Positions 44,391 to 57,135 of a DNA stretch of 64,000 nt are shown here, in pieces. A program made the translations under genes and the position numbers. Numbering within the stretch: the first letter of the stretch is position 1; each line of letters opens with the position of its first letter. Source of the stretch: Perna viridis (taxonomy: Eukaryota); NCBI GenBank assembly GCA_037379345.1, contig CM074512.1:4712001-4776000 (forward strand), written 5' to 3'. The notes beneath the pieces are model-generated. The model worked only from the letters and a program-made list of their open reading frames with translations. It was not told where the DNA came from and made no database searches.

Positions 44391-47300
44391 ATGACAATTT
44401 TTTTTTAAATAATTTTTGTGGTTATTTTAATCGGACTCAGAATTACTTCTCTTAGGTTTTCCGAAAAAGACTGAAATCGTATTGATTTTTGAGTATTTTT
44501 TTTTTTGTTTAGATTTTTTCCATTCATATTTCTGATTGGCTTTCTGAAATATTTCTGATAAAGCCGCACGGTCAACTTTATTTTAAAAATTTACTTTAAG
44601 ATACAGATTTTATTCGAAAATTACTGCGCGGGTAAGGATAATTAGCAAACCTCAATTTTCGAATACATGTATATATTTAATTAGGATAATGCTGTAACAC
44701 TGTTACATGTAGTTTGACTTTGTTTACTATCGATAAACAACTTGAATACTCAGTGCATTTTTAAAATAGTATTTTATTTCACCATATAAAGACCATGTAG
44801 TTGAATGAATGAACTTTTCATAGAAAAAAACTCAGTACCATTGAAATGGTAACTAATAATTGTTTATAAAACCCTTAAGTTGAGAACACAAGCGTGAATC
44901 ACTCTTTAACTTACAAATGTCCACAAGTATTTGTGGATTATTGTAAGATATTTACATTATCTAATAAAATTCTTTGTCAGATATGCGTTTGTTATCTTAA
45001 ATGGACCATCAAACAAATGACTTAACAAGTTAACGCTTTTTATATAGATATCTAATTTAATTGCGTACTTCAAAACAAGATCTCGCTGTGGTCTGACCCA
45101 GTTTGATTCTTCACGTACATTGTGTAAAAAAACTCGGAAAATTAAAAAAAAATAACGGAAAAATGTTTGTGATTTTTTCACTACCGCACAAATGATTAAA
45201 ACGTCACTTGCATACATCTAATACAATATAAAGCTCTAATACAATTTACATATATACTGTATACTTCTATGAATATCAATATGAAGTTCTAATTTGGCAA
45301 ATTTTTGTATACTGTCCGAAAGTATGGAAGGTTTGATTTAAAAAATACTAAAAATAATTCTGAACAATTTGATCACATATTTGGATATTTGATTTTAAAC
45401 AGAACTTTGTTAATACACTTAATTTGTATTACGGCGAGTAACCAAAAAGGGGAAATCAAACTTAATAGTCAGTGGTAGACCTACGCGACGGTGTCGAATC
45501 CCCCTTTTTGTTGGAGAATTTTGTTAATTCCGTGCAAATTTGGGCAATAATGACCATATAGCCTGGAAACCCCCCCCCTCTTTTCGGGAAACTATCTAGA
45601 ATCCCCATATTAAAAAAAATTCTGGACACGGTCCCGCCATTGATAGTACTGTTCAAAACAAAAGATATAACAATATTTAGAAAAACTACTTATTTTTATT
45701 CCTATTACACGTTTTTATTGTATGAATAACTTAATTCAAAGTTTGAACGCACCTCTTTTGAATATTATTGACGGCAAGATTCACTTTAATCCCAAATGGT
45801 CGGTTAAGGTCATGAAACGACGACGAAGATAACACTAAAACATACAGGACCATTTTATTTTCAGTGATATAAATAAATCTAACATGTATCACAACTCAAC
45901 GATTTCACTACGAATAACAGATTGTTCCAAAGATTGCCGGGTGATCTTATTGAGTGTATACATATTACCGATTGAGTTTCAAATGTGAGGTCAATTTAAA
46001 TGTTGGTAAATCACTATTGTCCATCTACAATTATTATAAATAAAGGAATTCAAACCTAAAAATAACACATGTGATGTTCAATCAAAGTAAAAAGAAGCAT
46101 AATAAATAAACATACAGATGGTTTAGAACCATATCAGAAAACATGATCATGTATTCTGAGGAGGAGAGACTTCCAATTTTATGTCACATTTGGAAAATAC
46201 ATAAATAGTTAAAATAAAAGGTAAACCTTGGTGGAAATATTAAACGTGGGTAGTGAAGCATTCGTGTATAAATGAATGCAATGCTTGTGTAAAATGCATG
46301 CCTTAACCTATACTGAAATATGCCTGCTTACTTTCCTGGCAGTTTTAAAATGCCCGATATTTTGGAAACCACTCATTTGACAGTTAATTTTCGGAAGACG
46401 CCAAATTTTGTCATGGAAACTGATATATGTTTTCATTATGTTACCATAGATACAGATTTTTATCATAGAATATCTTTTCTTTTTCACTGATCTCCATAAT
46501 GTAAGAATTTGAAAAATATATACTTTTTCAGTGAAAAAAAATGTTTGATTTGCTTGTTTGAATGTCGATGTATGGCCTAAGAAGGGGCCCGCTCCAGTGA
46601 TTCAAAACATACGATTTGCGGTGGTATAATGGTTTTATATACTCGTCTTCGTAGTCGTCCATTGACATTTGCTGTCCGGACAATAACTTGACTGTAACCG
46701 AAAAAAAAATCTTTGAAATTGTACAACAATATGTCTCTCCCCAAAGGAACGCTTTTGATTTTTTGGGTTGTGACTGGAACCATTCATGAATAAGAGGCCA
46801 CCTCGGTTCTGGTAAAATTCTTATTTTGTGTCAAATATTAAATTGCAATCAAAGGTCAGAGCTATATCAAACTTGAATGGTGTATCCATAGTTATTCCAA
46901 CTGTTCAGGGTTCAACATATGCGGTCGTAATAATCTTCGCCCTGTGGATCATTTTATTATTATTTTTTTTAAATAGTGTAATAAACCCAAATCTTTAAGT
47001 ATAAGGCCCTGCCACTCTCCGCTCCCTCTTGGAATCGTTTAAGGAACTTGCAGGGATAGAAATGTTTTATTATTCGAAAAGCTCTCGTGGTTCTACTTGA
47101 AATCAATCTTTTATCCCGCCTCTTGTAAGCATTTACAGTCTTCATTATCAATTAAAAGAAACGGTCAGTTAAAACTATAATTCATTATCATAAGCAATTA
47201 CCGCTATATTATGTTATTTGAGGACATTCCAACGGTCACATTCAAGGTAGTTTTATTTGCTCTGAAACAAAACCTTTATTTTTTTCAATCGATTTCTAAT

Positions 47301-50300
47301 TATCTATTAAAGTTCATGGCTAGGTCGAGTTGAAACAGGCGAATGAATACTCAGTTATCAATAGTGCGCTTAAAAATATATATATTATTGTTGTTTTGAA
47401 GCTCACTATTTAAAACATTTATAAATTATGATTGCTGTTGATAAACATTTACATACATTAACTTTCTCATATAAATTCTACTCGTATGTGTATATAAAGT
47501 AACAAAATGAAGTTTTTTTTTCTATTATTAAGAGTTAATTCCCATAATTTCTTTATTTTGAGAAATTAATTTCTTAAGGTTCTTGAATTTTTCGAATCCA
47601 AAACAGAATCTGTTCTGTGAACATTATGTGAGAGGCTGTCTTCTCTCTCGTAAAAGCGGGAAGATAGGACATTTCCAATGAATACTCTAGATCTGTATGC
47701 AAATAAGGCATGATCCAAATGCAGACGAAACAGCATTTATCTTCATTATTCCATGGCTTAAATCGATAACAGTTGTAGCTGCACGACACAATAGAATATA
47801 TTAGGTCGTCGAGGACACCGGTCATACCAAGTGCAACCTGAAATTTGAGGCCTGTTTTTAATGGTTCAGAATTTTTAAAAGTAATTTTGAATGACGGCCA
47901 CAAAAGATAAAACTGAGTAATTCAAATATCATTTTATTTCATCTACGAATGATGATTTAAATGTGGTCAGTGTCGGGTCACACTGCGGTCAGTGCCGGCT
48001 GACCGTAAATAAACCCTTCAACTTTATTTTTTATCGGGTCAATGCAGCGAATTTATTTTGCAGTTCCTATTAAGAGCTGACTGATGAGTCCAACTGTAAG
48101 AACACGTGACCTCTTGTTGCCCCCGTGTCGGTGGCATATAGTTGTGCACTTTGATTGGCAAATGCAACCACTCTCTTAAGCTATTAAAACAATTTCTTTG
48201 TTTCTAGTGAGACGTACCTCCTTACTTTCCTCTAACAGATGTTTCATTATTTTCCTAGAGATTTCATTAAGCATGTATGGGTGGTTTATGGCAGAATTTA
48301 TGGTTGTGAATCAAAGAACCTGATTGATACTGATATGTAAGTAGGTATTTTAAACATCTGACCTGCCTTTGACCTTCAAACGGCTTGAAATAATATACAA
48401 CATGCCCAGAAAGCAGGTAATAGAATTAAAACATCTGTAATCGATAAAATGTTGGGTTATAAGTGCAGTGGGAGGCTCGCGCAGAAATCCGTAAGTTACA
48501 GTTCTGACGTAATTATTGTAGTTATAGAATTTATTTTAAGGCGTTTTATCTTAACATTAGTATTTTTTTAAGTTTTTGGTTTTGTTTTGTTTCTCAATGT
48601 TATTCCAACTTGTTTTTGTTCTGTGCTTTTGTTGTTTTGCTTGTGTCCCCCATTTTTTACTTTATTTGAGGTTTTATTTTGATCTTTTTAGATAATATTA
48701 TTTTGACCTGGAATTCTCCCAATACGATTTATATTTGCATTAAAAAAAGCGTGAATCATAATAGATACTTTCATATTAGATACTTTTCCTAATGTCTTAA
48801 TTTACATGGTTAGTAACAGTTGTCTGTATATTTGACAACACCAACAGAAACAAAAGGCCGTCATATAAAATTATAATTTAATTTTGAATTAGGTTTTATT
48901 GCACAGGTATTTAGTAATTTTGTTACCCAAAACTTTAAAATGGAAAGTCGTCTATATTGCTGGCAATCTAACCTAAAATGAAAAATGCACACAAACAAAC
49001 ATTCGAACCATCAGTGACAGTATATACCTCACTATCCAAACCTTACGTTGAACTTTTATTTTTTTAATATGGTTTTACCTAATATGTCGTATGCGAGGAG
49101 AAACATTCATTAATATATCAAGTTAGCTATAGTTTAAAAATATTTGTCATAAAAACATCCCCACTAAATTATATTCAATGAACAAATAATATATGGAAGA
49201 AAAAAAATATGGTATTAGCTACAAAATTTTCGTTCATCTAATATTTCGACAGCTTTGCATCGAATATAGTGTTCCTTTTTACAAACAAAAGACGAATTCT
49301 GGATAAACAAGTTTTATTTCAATTTATATCCTTTATGTACTTTGAATTTTAATAATCTAAAAGTGCACTCACTGCAGATAATTAGTGTTCCTTGTGGAAA
49401 TAATCTTGGAACAATATTGTACCAGCTGGATTTATGGTGCACCCAATTATTAAAACCAACATTGTTCCCCACCATTGTACCATATTTATTGTGCACCTAA
49501 GCCTTAAACCAACAATGTACCAAGTTTATACTACACCCATTCCTTAGACAACTTATTTTGCATTGATTCATTTTGTGATATTTAGAAGTAAAGTTAGGTG
49601 GGAACAGGAGGTGATTGCGAAAGTGTGAAACTAATGCCCACGCCCTGTTCTTTCTAGATATCTTATTGTATTAACCGAGTAGTTAGTTGATCTAATTCTT
49701 ACGGACTGTTTATATTGGTAGGTTTATTGTTGAAAAGGCACGTTGTTTTCTCTCTTCTCAAAAAAAAATGTTCGTTCAAAAAATGAGGAATTCTGTGAGA
49801 AGAAAAAGATAACCTCTGGAATCGAACGGTCTCTATTTATCAATCCATGTACTAAAAGTCTTCATACATTCAACATTCTGCTTTGCATTTGAAAACAAAC
49901 GAAATAATTGCTGTATAAGCCATAGTCTTAACGAGTTCCAGAGCCTCGATCTACCAGCTGCTTCCATCTGGTCAGTTGATAACAGTTTTATATACAAACT
50001 GTTATTGATTTCCTCTGCTATTATAACCACTGATTTCTTTCGATTCTTACATGTTTCAATAAAAATAAACCAGAATCACATAAAACTTGTAATAGCTCTA
50101 TGTTTTTTCCATTTGGTTCCAGTATTTGTTTCTCCAAGTGTCTAATCTCGGGTCCGATGGAGGCGAGCTCGCCTCGAGTGCAGGAATGTTAGGTTCGATC
50201 TCACTGCCCTAGCCCCCCCCCCCCCGGGGCCAAGCGCAAGCACGCGTCAGATAGGAGATATAGTAGAGACTCGGCGTCAGATTAATGTGGCCGTACCTAG

Positions 50301-53294
50301 GTTTGCTTGTTTGGCCATTACAAAGCAAAGTTGATTTGAATGTCGTAAAAAGCAATTTTGCCATAGAAGGTAAAAAGTAATCAAGGGAACTCCAAGATTT
50401 TAATATGACCATCAATAAATCCTTTAGATTTTATATTTCAACGCAACCATGTACATCCAATATGCATACATTTCAAGTTTATTTTAAGGTAACCTTGGTA
50501 TGTATTGTATCATTATTATTGTTATCTGTGAAATTACCCCCTCTCTACCCAATCCAAGCTGAAAAATTTACTAACATCGGTTCAGATAAAACATGTAATG
50601 TTAAATCAACAGTCAATGCATGGAAATGAAAAGAATATATTACAAAACGCTCCTGTTTAATATCTGTTTCTATTAGAAAATAGGATTAAGGAAGCGTTTA
50701 CGAAATCTTCCAGATATTATAAATAATTAGATAAGTAATGACAATGATAAAATTCAGTTACAATTTGGTAGTGTAGGTCAATCTTTTTACAATGCTTTTT
50801 TACATGTGTTTTATTTAATGAATTTATAGATAGTGATTTGGTCGAGTCCTTGGGATATTTCTTTATATAAATTGTGAAAATGTATGATGTGTAGTATGCA
50901 GGAGGTAAGAAAAAAACATAATCGGTGTTCTAAGAAAATAACAGGAAAAAATTATAATTGTTTATACTGATATTAAGATTTTTAAGTGTCAAGTATTAGT
51001 TATGTACAATACATTTTACATAAAAGTTAATCAATATCAAGCGATGTATAATTTTTACAGCTTATCGATAAACTCGAGCATAAAGAGCATACACTGAACA
51101 TGCCCACCTTAACACTCATAATTTCACGACAAGATAATATTTTAATAAATTCTCACCTCTTATTCAATTGTATGAATATTCAATGACTGATAGAATAATG
51201 ATTTTTAAGATCTTTATTAACAATACTAAAATGTTGAATCACCTAACTGAAAAAAAAAACAGCCACTGTGAGGGGGACCTTGAAATTAAGATTCAAGGTA
51301 TAATATGAAAAACATTGCAATTCAGTTGTCTATATAACTTAAAGACTTAATGCGGAAGTATATATCATTATTGAAGTCGGACGAAACCGCCATTGAATAT
51401 TAAAATTTGATAATTATTTAGCCACTTAGTTTTAATATATTAATTAAAAGTAATAATTTCCGGACATTCTGTTAATCATAAAATCAGTTTTACAAAAATG
51501 ATTAACATTTAAATCTTTGAATTTGCTTTGAGGTCCAAAGTTTCAGACTATTTTTGCAGCACTTGATGAGAAGTGTATCATTGCACATTTTTGTCAAACT
51601 TGGCCACATTCTAAAGTACTTAGACATTGTTCGATAATAATACATGGCATTCTGCCCCATACCACCATATATAATAAAATAAACAGAAAACAGTGCAATT
51701 TTACAAAGTCTATGTTTTCAAAACTGAAATTAGGTTAAAAAAATCTTTACCTAAAATGTAGATTCAGATTAATTTTAAAATGAAAATGCAGAAAATAAAA
51801 TACCTTCAATTTAAATCACACTCAAGTGCCAATCTAGTCCGAATCCAATGAAATTTGATTTAATTCACAATACAGCGCGCACAGAAGAGAAATAAGGAAT
51901 ATAGTAAAGAATAGATATTTCTCTCCTCGTGCATTGTTTAGTATTGTTCATGAGAATCTATCTAACTACGTCTAAATTTTTTATGACAAATTCTTTGAAT
52001 CTTGCCCATTTTAAAATCTCAACAAATAAAAACAAAACAAAACAAAATGGTCTAAGTTTGAAATTTCGCTCCAGTTCATTTATGGCATCAAAGTATCAAA
52101 AGCATTCGCACATAGCAGAAACCTTTTCAGTGACCTCAGAGTGTCGTTATTTCTTATATTTAACACAGGCATTTGGGACCAGGATTTTTTTTTTTAAATT
52201 TTCCTCAAAAATACCATTAAATCATTTTGTTTCCATATTTGAGTTATTATGCGTTGAGGAAAATTTAAAAAAAAATCCTCGTCCCAAGTGCCTGTGATAT
52301 TTAAACGCTGATCTTAACGTGTAATCAAGTTTTGTTGGCAAACTCAAAACTCTCAGAAAAATAATGTAGGGACCAGAAAACAAGCGATTGATCTTGTTGG
52401 CATGCAAAATAAAAATAACTCGTTGTACGAAAACATTTCTCAACAGTCTTTGATGCTCGTTGGATTTTCCCCCTTAAGTTGCATAAGTGATGAATTGCCC
52501 AGCAGCACTGAAACTTGTTCTGAATATGCACTGGTCACCACCCATGAACAAATAGGTTGTATCAAGTCGAGCCGCCCGTGCGAGTCGAGTATTATATAAT
52601 AAAAAAAAAACCCTCAGTTAGTCAATTCTATCATCTCGGTCCAATATATTGGACGATCTCTGTCAAGACACTACTTTATTTTATATTTCAGACATGCGTG
52701 GTGTACAAATCACAACATGTAACAAATCATATTAAAGCAATGTGCACAGTCTTCAGAAAGAGAAAAAAAAATTACATAATAAAAAACTTTGTTACCTTTT
52801 TATGAAATGTGCAAGGTCTTGGTACAATTCTGTATGACAAGTCATTCTAGTAGTTTAGATCAATTGATTTTCGTTGTGCTGTATGGATACTGTATATAAT
52901 AGCTATAGGTCTATTTCTGGTTCAGTTCTAAAATCTCTCGCTTAATTCTCGATGCTGACAAAAATTTATTCCATGTTCTATTTCTACAAAGCCGGCATAT
53001 TCGTTGATCCAAACGAATTCCGGACCATATATCTCCTGGTTTCAATAGGGATCTCCAAGCTTTAGCATCTTAATTTAGAAATAAACAGATTATCTGTTTG
53101 CTTTAAGCCTGGAAGGTAATTTTCTTTTTCAAATGTATTTTTAAATTATGAGTAGAAGTCGGTACGACTTAAGATATAAATACAAGACAGCCAACGCTGT
53201 ACAAACTATCTTTCGATTGCATTGAAAGCAGTGACTTTCATTTTTTTCTAATGGTATTTGGTCATCTAAATTGAAAGATAATCCAATATATAAT

Positions 53295-53900
53295 ATATAT
53301 CTTGACCTACACTTAGAGATCGATGGAAAAAGAACTATATACGACAAACACGACGACCTTCCATTCCCTATTGTCAACTTCCCTTTCATCTATGGAAGCA
53401 ACCCTTCAGTTCATGGGAATCGAGTTTTCATTCCACAACTCATACGTCATAGCAGAGCTTGCCGTACCACACGGACTTTTTGTACCGTGATAGACTTCTT
53501 TCGATTAGGCTTCTGGAACAGGGTCATGTGGCTATACAAGATTGAAGTCATCACTAGAGAAGTTTTATGTTCGTAACCGCGAACTCGTGGATCGTTATGG
53601 TGTATGCATGTGCACCTTGAGAACCGATTTTTTTTTTAACGTTTTCCTTCCCTCTTACGTCTGTCTATGTGCAATTCGGTGGGTGTTTCTAGAAAAGTAG
53701 AGGACGCTTATGCTACCAGTGCACCTGGTTCGTGCACCCAGTTTTTAGTCGAGTCCGGATTCATTTACTTTTGTTTCTATGTACTGATATTATGGTTATG
53801 TCAAGTTCTTATTGTGTGTGTCTGTTTTCTCTGTCTGGTCTTTATCCTTGGAATAAATTCTTTTGATTTCCATTCGAAATTTGGTTCCCTTGATTATTCT
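53295..53900 (+). mobile_element. Naiad-type PLE 3' fragment, old
   Basis: YLDLHLEIDGK..YDKHDDLPFPIVNFPFI, followed by the same 3' non-coding block. Confidence 0.85.
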
Positions 53901-55569
53901 TATAAAAAATCGATATTGAGAATTTTAACTGAACTTAGCATATGACTGAAGATTATTTAGCAAAAGGTTGTTCCAAAATCCATTCTAGTTTGGATACTGA
54001 TAAGGAAATCGACCTCATTATACATAAATCATATACTTAGGCGTGGCGGACTGTCATAATTCTCGAAGTTGTAAATGTATTTTTTCATTTTTTTCTTCTT
54101 CTTTTCCGAAACCCCAAACTTCAGATGTATATAACATTATTTTGAACTTATTAATGAGTAAAAAACTTTAAACTGCCGTTACTATTTATAATATAATACA
54201 TTTACGTATTTTGTGTCAGGATTTTATGAAATTTTAGTAACGCATGGTGTTTCGATCTACGCCACGTTTAACAGAACATGCTCGGCATATGTGCTAAGAT
54301 TTTACATCTTGGTCAAAGAACAGGCACATGGAAAAGGATTTATTACCACTCTTTTTCTTTTCTAAAACTTATACTATGCATTACTTCGTTCAATTTTATG
54401 TGTTATTCCTTTATTCAATGACCTATATTATATGCATATGCAGGCATGGGGGTAGGAAATGCCTAAAAATGATAGTAAAATACATGCAAGTGGGGGTCGA
54501 TGGTACGAAATACTTAAAAGGGCTTAAATCTGAAATTCAAAATGTATGGGTCTGCAGTACCTCACCTCAGTCACAAGTGTTGTAGGATTTATGTTATTAC
54601 GAAATGTACTTCGCAAGTGCAAATTATTGGTTTAAAAGACAGCTCATTAAACATAATCTGTTGAGCATCTACATTTTATTTTTCAGAAAATAAATGTATC
54701 ATGTGCATGTAGCGGTATGAGTGACATTACATCGTTAACACGATTTCTAAGGGTTTTTATTAGCACTGTGCATTAGTTTATACCCAACATATGCACACTG
54801 CATTTAATATAAAAAATGTCAGAAGCTTAGATGAGTACTTTTCAGTAATTAATTTGGCACTTTTATTGTAGAAGTATTTGCAAAATGTTTCTCGTTATCT
54901 TATCAGTAAACTGCACTTTTTTCAACATGTTTGGTTGATGTAGATGTACGTAGCTCCCACGCACAGTTCATCTTGAGTTCAGTTAAAATCGGTTAGCCAA
55001 TCAGAGGATAAATCATATAATGTTATTGAATTCATTTTTTACTACAAAGAAGTAAATCACATAACCATTAAATCGTCAAGGCCGCATGGAAAAATCGCTA
55101 ATTGAAGAACAGCTCACGATCATATTATTGCTACATACGACATCTATAAATTCTATAATAATATATTCCAGAGGAAGATATTTTCTTTCCTATATCTATC
55201 TGTATATACACACCATGATTATATAATCGACACGAAGAAATACACTGTATGGTACAACCAGCTGACAGATGAGAGTAATGTTTCGTTCATTTATTATCGG
55301 TAATCTCTGGTGTGGCTATAAATATACTCGACCTGACCTTTGACTGACCACTGCCTCGGTCATGCTAAAGTTGAATAATCAATCTACTCTACATTAGTAG
55401 ACGCATTTGATTTATAAAAAAGATCATCTAAGTTATTTAAATATTTGTTATTTATCAATATAATTCGTACTGAACCTTCCATATTATAAATACTTTGTTT
55501 GCGTAGGTTTTCTTGATTACACCATAATTCATTCGAAAACGAGGCTTGCTTAATTCTGACATGCAACTG

Positions 55570-55870
55570 TTTTGTTCTTACGCAACATAGATTCAGAACT
55601 GACCAATTGGGGCGTGTTTTATTTTCGTTTAAGGCTGAAATGAAATAACGGACATGCCCCATAGTACAAGTGGACATTCTGATTGGTCGGTTAATATTGG
55701 ATTACGTGAATTATTGAAATAGTAAGAAATAAAGTATCCAACGTCAACTCGGGTCAGGGACTAAAGCCAATTGGAATATGTTAGAATATATTAGGCAATT
55801 GACAAATATACGTAACAGATCTCAAGGACATGATTCAATACACAAAACAGCAAATGCGTAACAGTTAAAC
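55570..55870 (+). promoter_or_regulatory. Putative proximal promoter of the giant-like gene: CCAAT boxes and PAR/C-EBP-like sites
   Basis: GACCAATTGG (55601), CTGATTGGTC (55679), AGCCAATTGG (55766); TTACGCAA (55578), TTACGTGA (55702), ATACGTAAC (55808), TGCGTAAC (55855). Confidence 0.45.
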
Positions 55871-55918
55871 TATTTTTTTCGGAGTAAACTGATTGTGCAC
55901 AACTTGATGTTTGTAAAG

Positions 55919-56064
55919 GTAAGAATAAGTTTAGAGTATCGTCAATATCGACCAGCTGACACATGTTTATTGGTGTTATGTGTGTATTATTGATAGATAA
56001 ATATCCATGTCGTATAACAGTGTGTATTTAAATGGCTGAAATATTTCCTTCTTTTTGTTTCTAG
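55919..56064 (+). other. Probable 5'UTR intron of the giant-like gene
   Basis: AAG|gtaaga donor at 55919 and pyrimidine tract-ctag acceptor ending at 56064, 45 nt before the ATG; alternative acceptor ctgtag at 56083. Confidence 0.55.
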
Positions 56065-56109
56065 ATTTAAAGTTAACCTGTAGGGTTTCGAGATAAAGAT
56101 TTTTGATGT

Positions 56110-57135
56110 ATGGATATGGCTGATGATGGTTCCAAGGATAAAGGAGAAATGCACTACACTGCCCCAACCCTTACTAATAAAGAGGAATGGCAATCAATAA
56201 GTCAGACAACGAATGGTTACTCATCGGAAGACCGTAGCAATTCACCAATAGACTTCTCATTTAAACGCAAAAATGGTGACAACGAAATATCTGGTTCCGA
56301 ATCAGCTCCTTCGCCTGCGTCTACGAATGATACAGGAATACACCTCGACGATAGGAAAATATCAAATTCTGATACAGAAGAAAAAGTATCGTTCAATGGA
56401 ATACCACCTGAACGGATCAAGTCTGAACCTGATATAAACTGGTCTATGAGCCATAATATGGCTAACATGCTGTCAGCCTTTCAGGCAGGGTTAATACCAA
56501 ATCCTATGCTCGGACCTCTACCATCAATGGCAGCGCTCTTAAGTCCACGATTCTCACAGAACAAATCATCATCCGCCCGTCCATTTAAGTCATACCCTAA
56601 GGACCAATTGATAATGGGAGGATTCGGGGGTCACTCTCCCTCTGATTCAAACGGGTTACAGAATCTCAGCATTAATGGTGAGGAATTCATGAATATTTAC
56701 CGTCAGCATATGTTAATGGGCACAGGGGACAGGGAGAAGACAGCTTCACCATCTCAAACTCAATCAAAATCTCCACCAATCATATCCACCTCACCGAGCT
56801 CAACCTATAGTGCAAATGGGTCGCGACCATCATTCAGTCCAAATAGTACACGATCGCCAGCGCAGAATTCTGGAATTTCATCAACCAGAAATTATGTTCC
56901 AGGTAGAAAACGCCCTCGTTCTTTACCCGACGAGCAGAAGGATGAATCTTATTGGGAGAGGAGACGAAAAAATAACGAAGCCGCCAAACGGTCCCGAGAT
57001 CTACGAAGAGCTAAAGAGGATGAAATTGCAATACGTGCAGCATTGTTAGAACAAGAAAATTTAAAGTTACGGGTAGAAGTAGCAGCTCTGAAAACAGAGA
57101 CCGCGAAGTTACGTTGTATGTTGTATAACAGTTGA
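56110..57135 (+). CDS. gt: bZIP transcription factor, giant-like (PAR/E4BP4-related), 341 aa, single coding exon
   Basis: C-terminal b[55 protein letters not shown]. Upstream are the RPFKSYPKD motif characteristic of Giant orthologues, a PIDFS (PxDLS-like) motif and IKSE. The long ORF is intact. Confidence 0.9.
   Translation: MDMADDGSKDKGEMHYTAPTLTNKEEWQSISQTTNGYSSEDRSNSPIDFSFKRKNGDNEISGSESAPSPASTNDTGIHLDDRKISNSDTEEKVSFNGIPPERIKSEPDINWSMSHNMANMLSAFQAGLIPNPMLGPLPSMAALLSPRFSQNKSSSARPFKSYPKDQLIMGGFGGHSPSDSNGLQNLSINGEEFMNIYRQHMLMGTGDREKTASPSQTQSKSPPIISTSPSSTYSANGSRPSFSPNSTRSPAQNSGISSTRNYVPGRKRPRSLPDEQKDESYWERRRKNNEAAKRSRDLRRAKEDEIAIRAALLEQENLKLRVEVAALKTETAKLRCMLYNS

Noticed and set aside
48081-48110. 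Second hammerhead-like motif CTGATGAGTCCAACTGTAAGAACACGTG
   Set aside because: The 3' strand of stem II and the GAAA box are broken; at most a decayed relic.
54039-54270. Possible MITE with GGCGTGGCG/CGCCACGTT ends
   Set aside because: The inverted match is too short and there is no second copy in the window.
56217-57049. Overlapping ORFs 56217-56468(-) and 56810-57049(+)
   Set aside because: Shadow frames of the giant-like CDS with no recognisable motifs.
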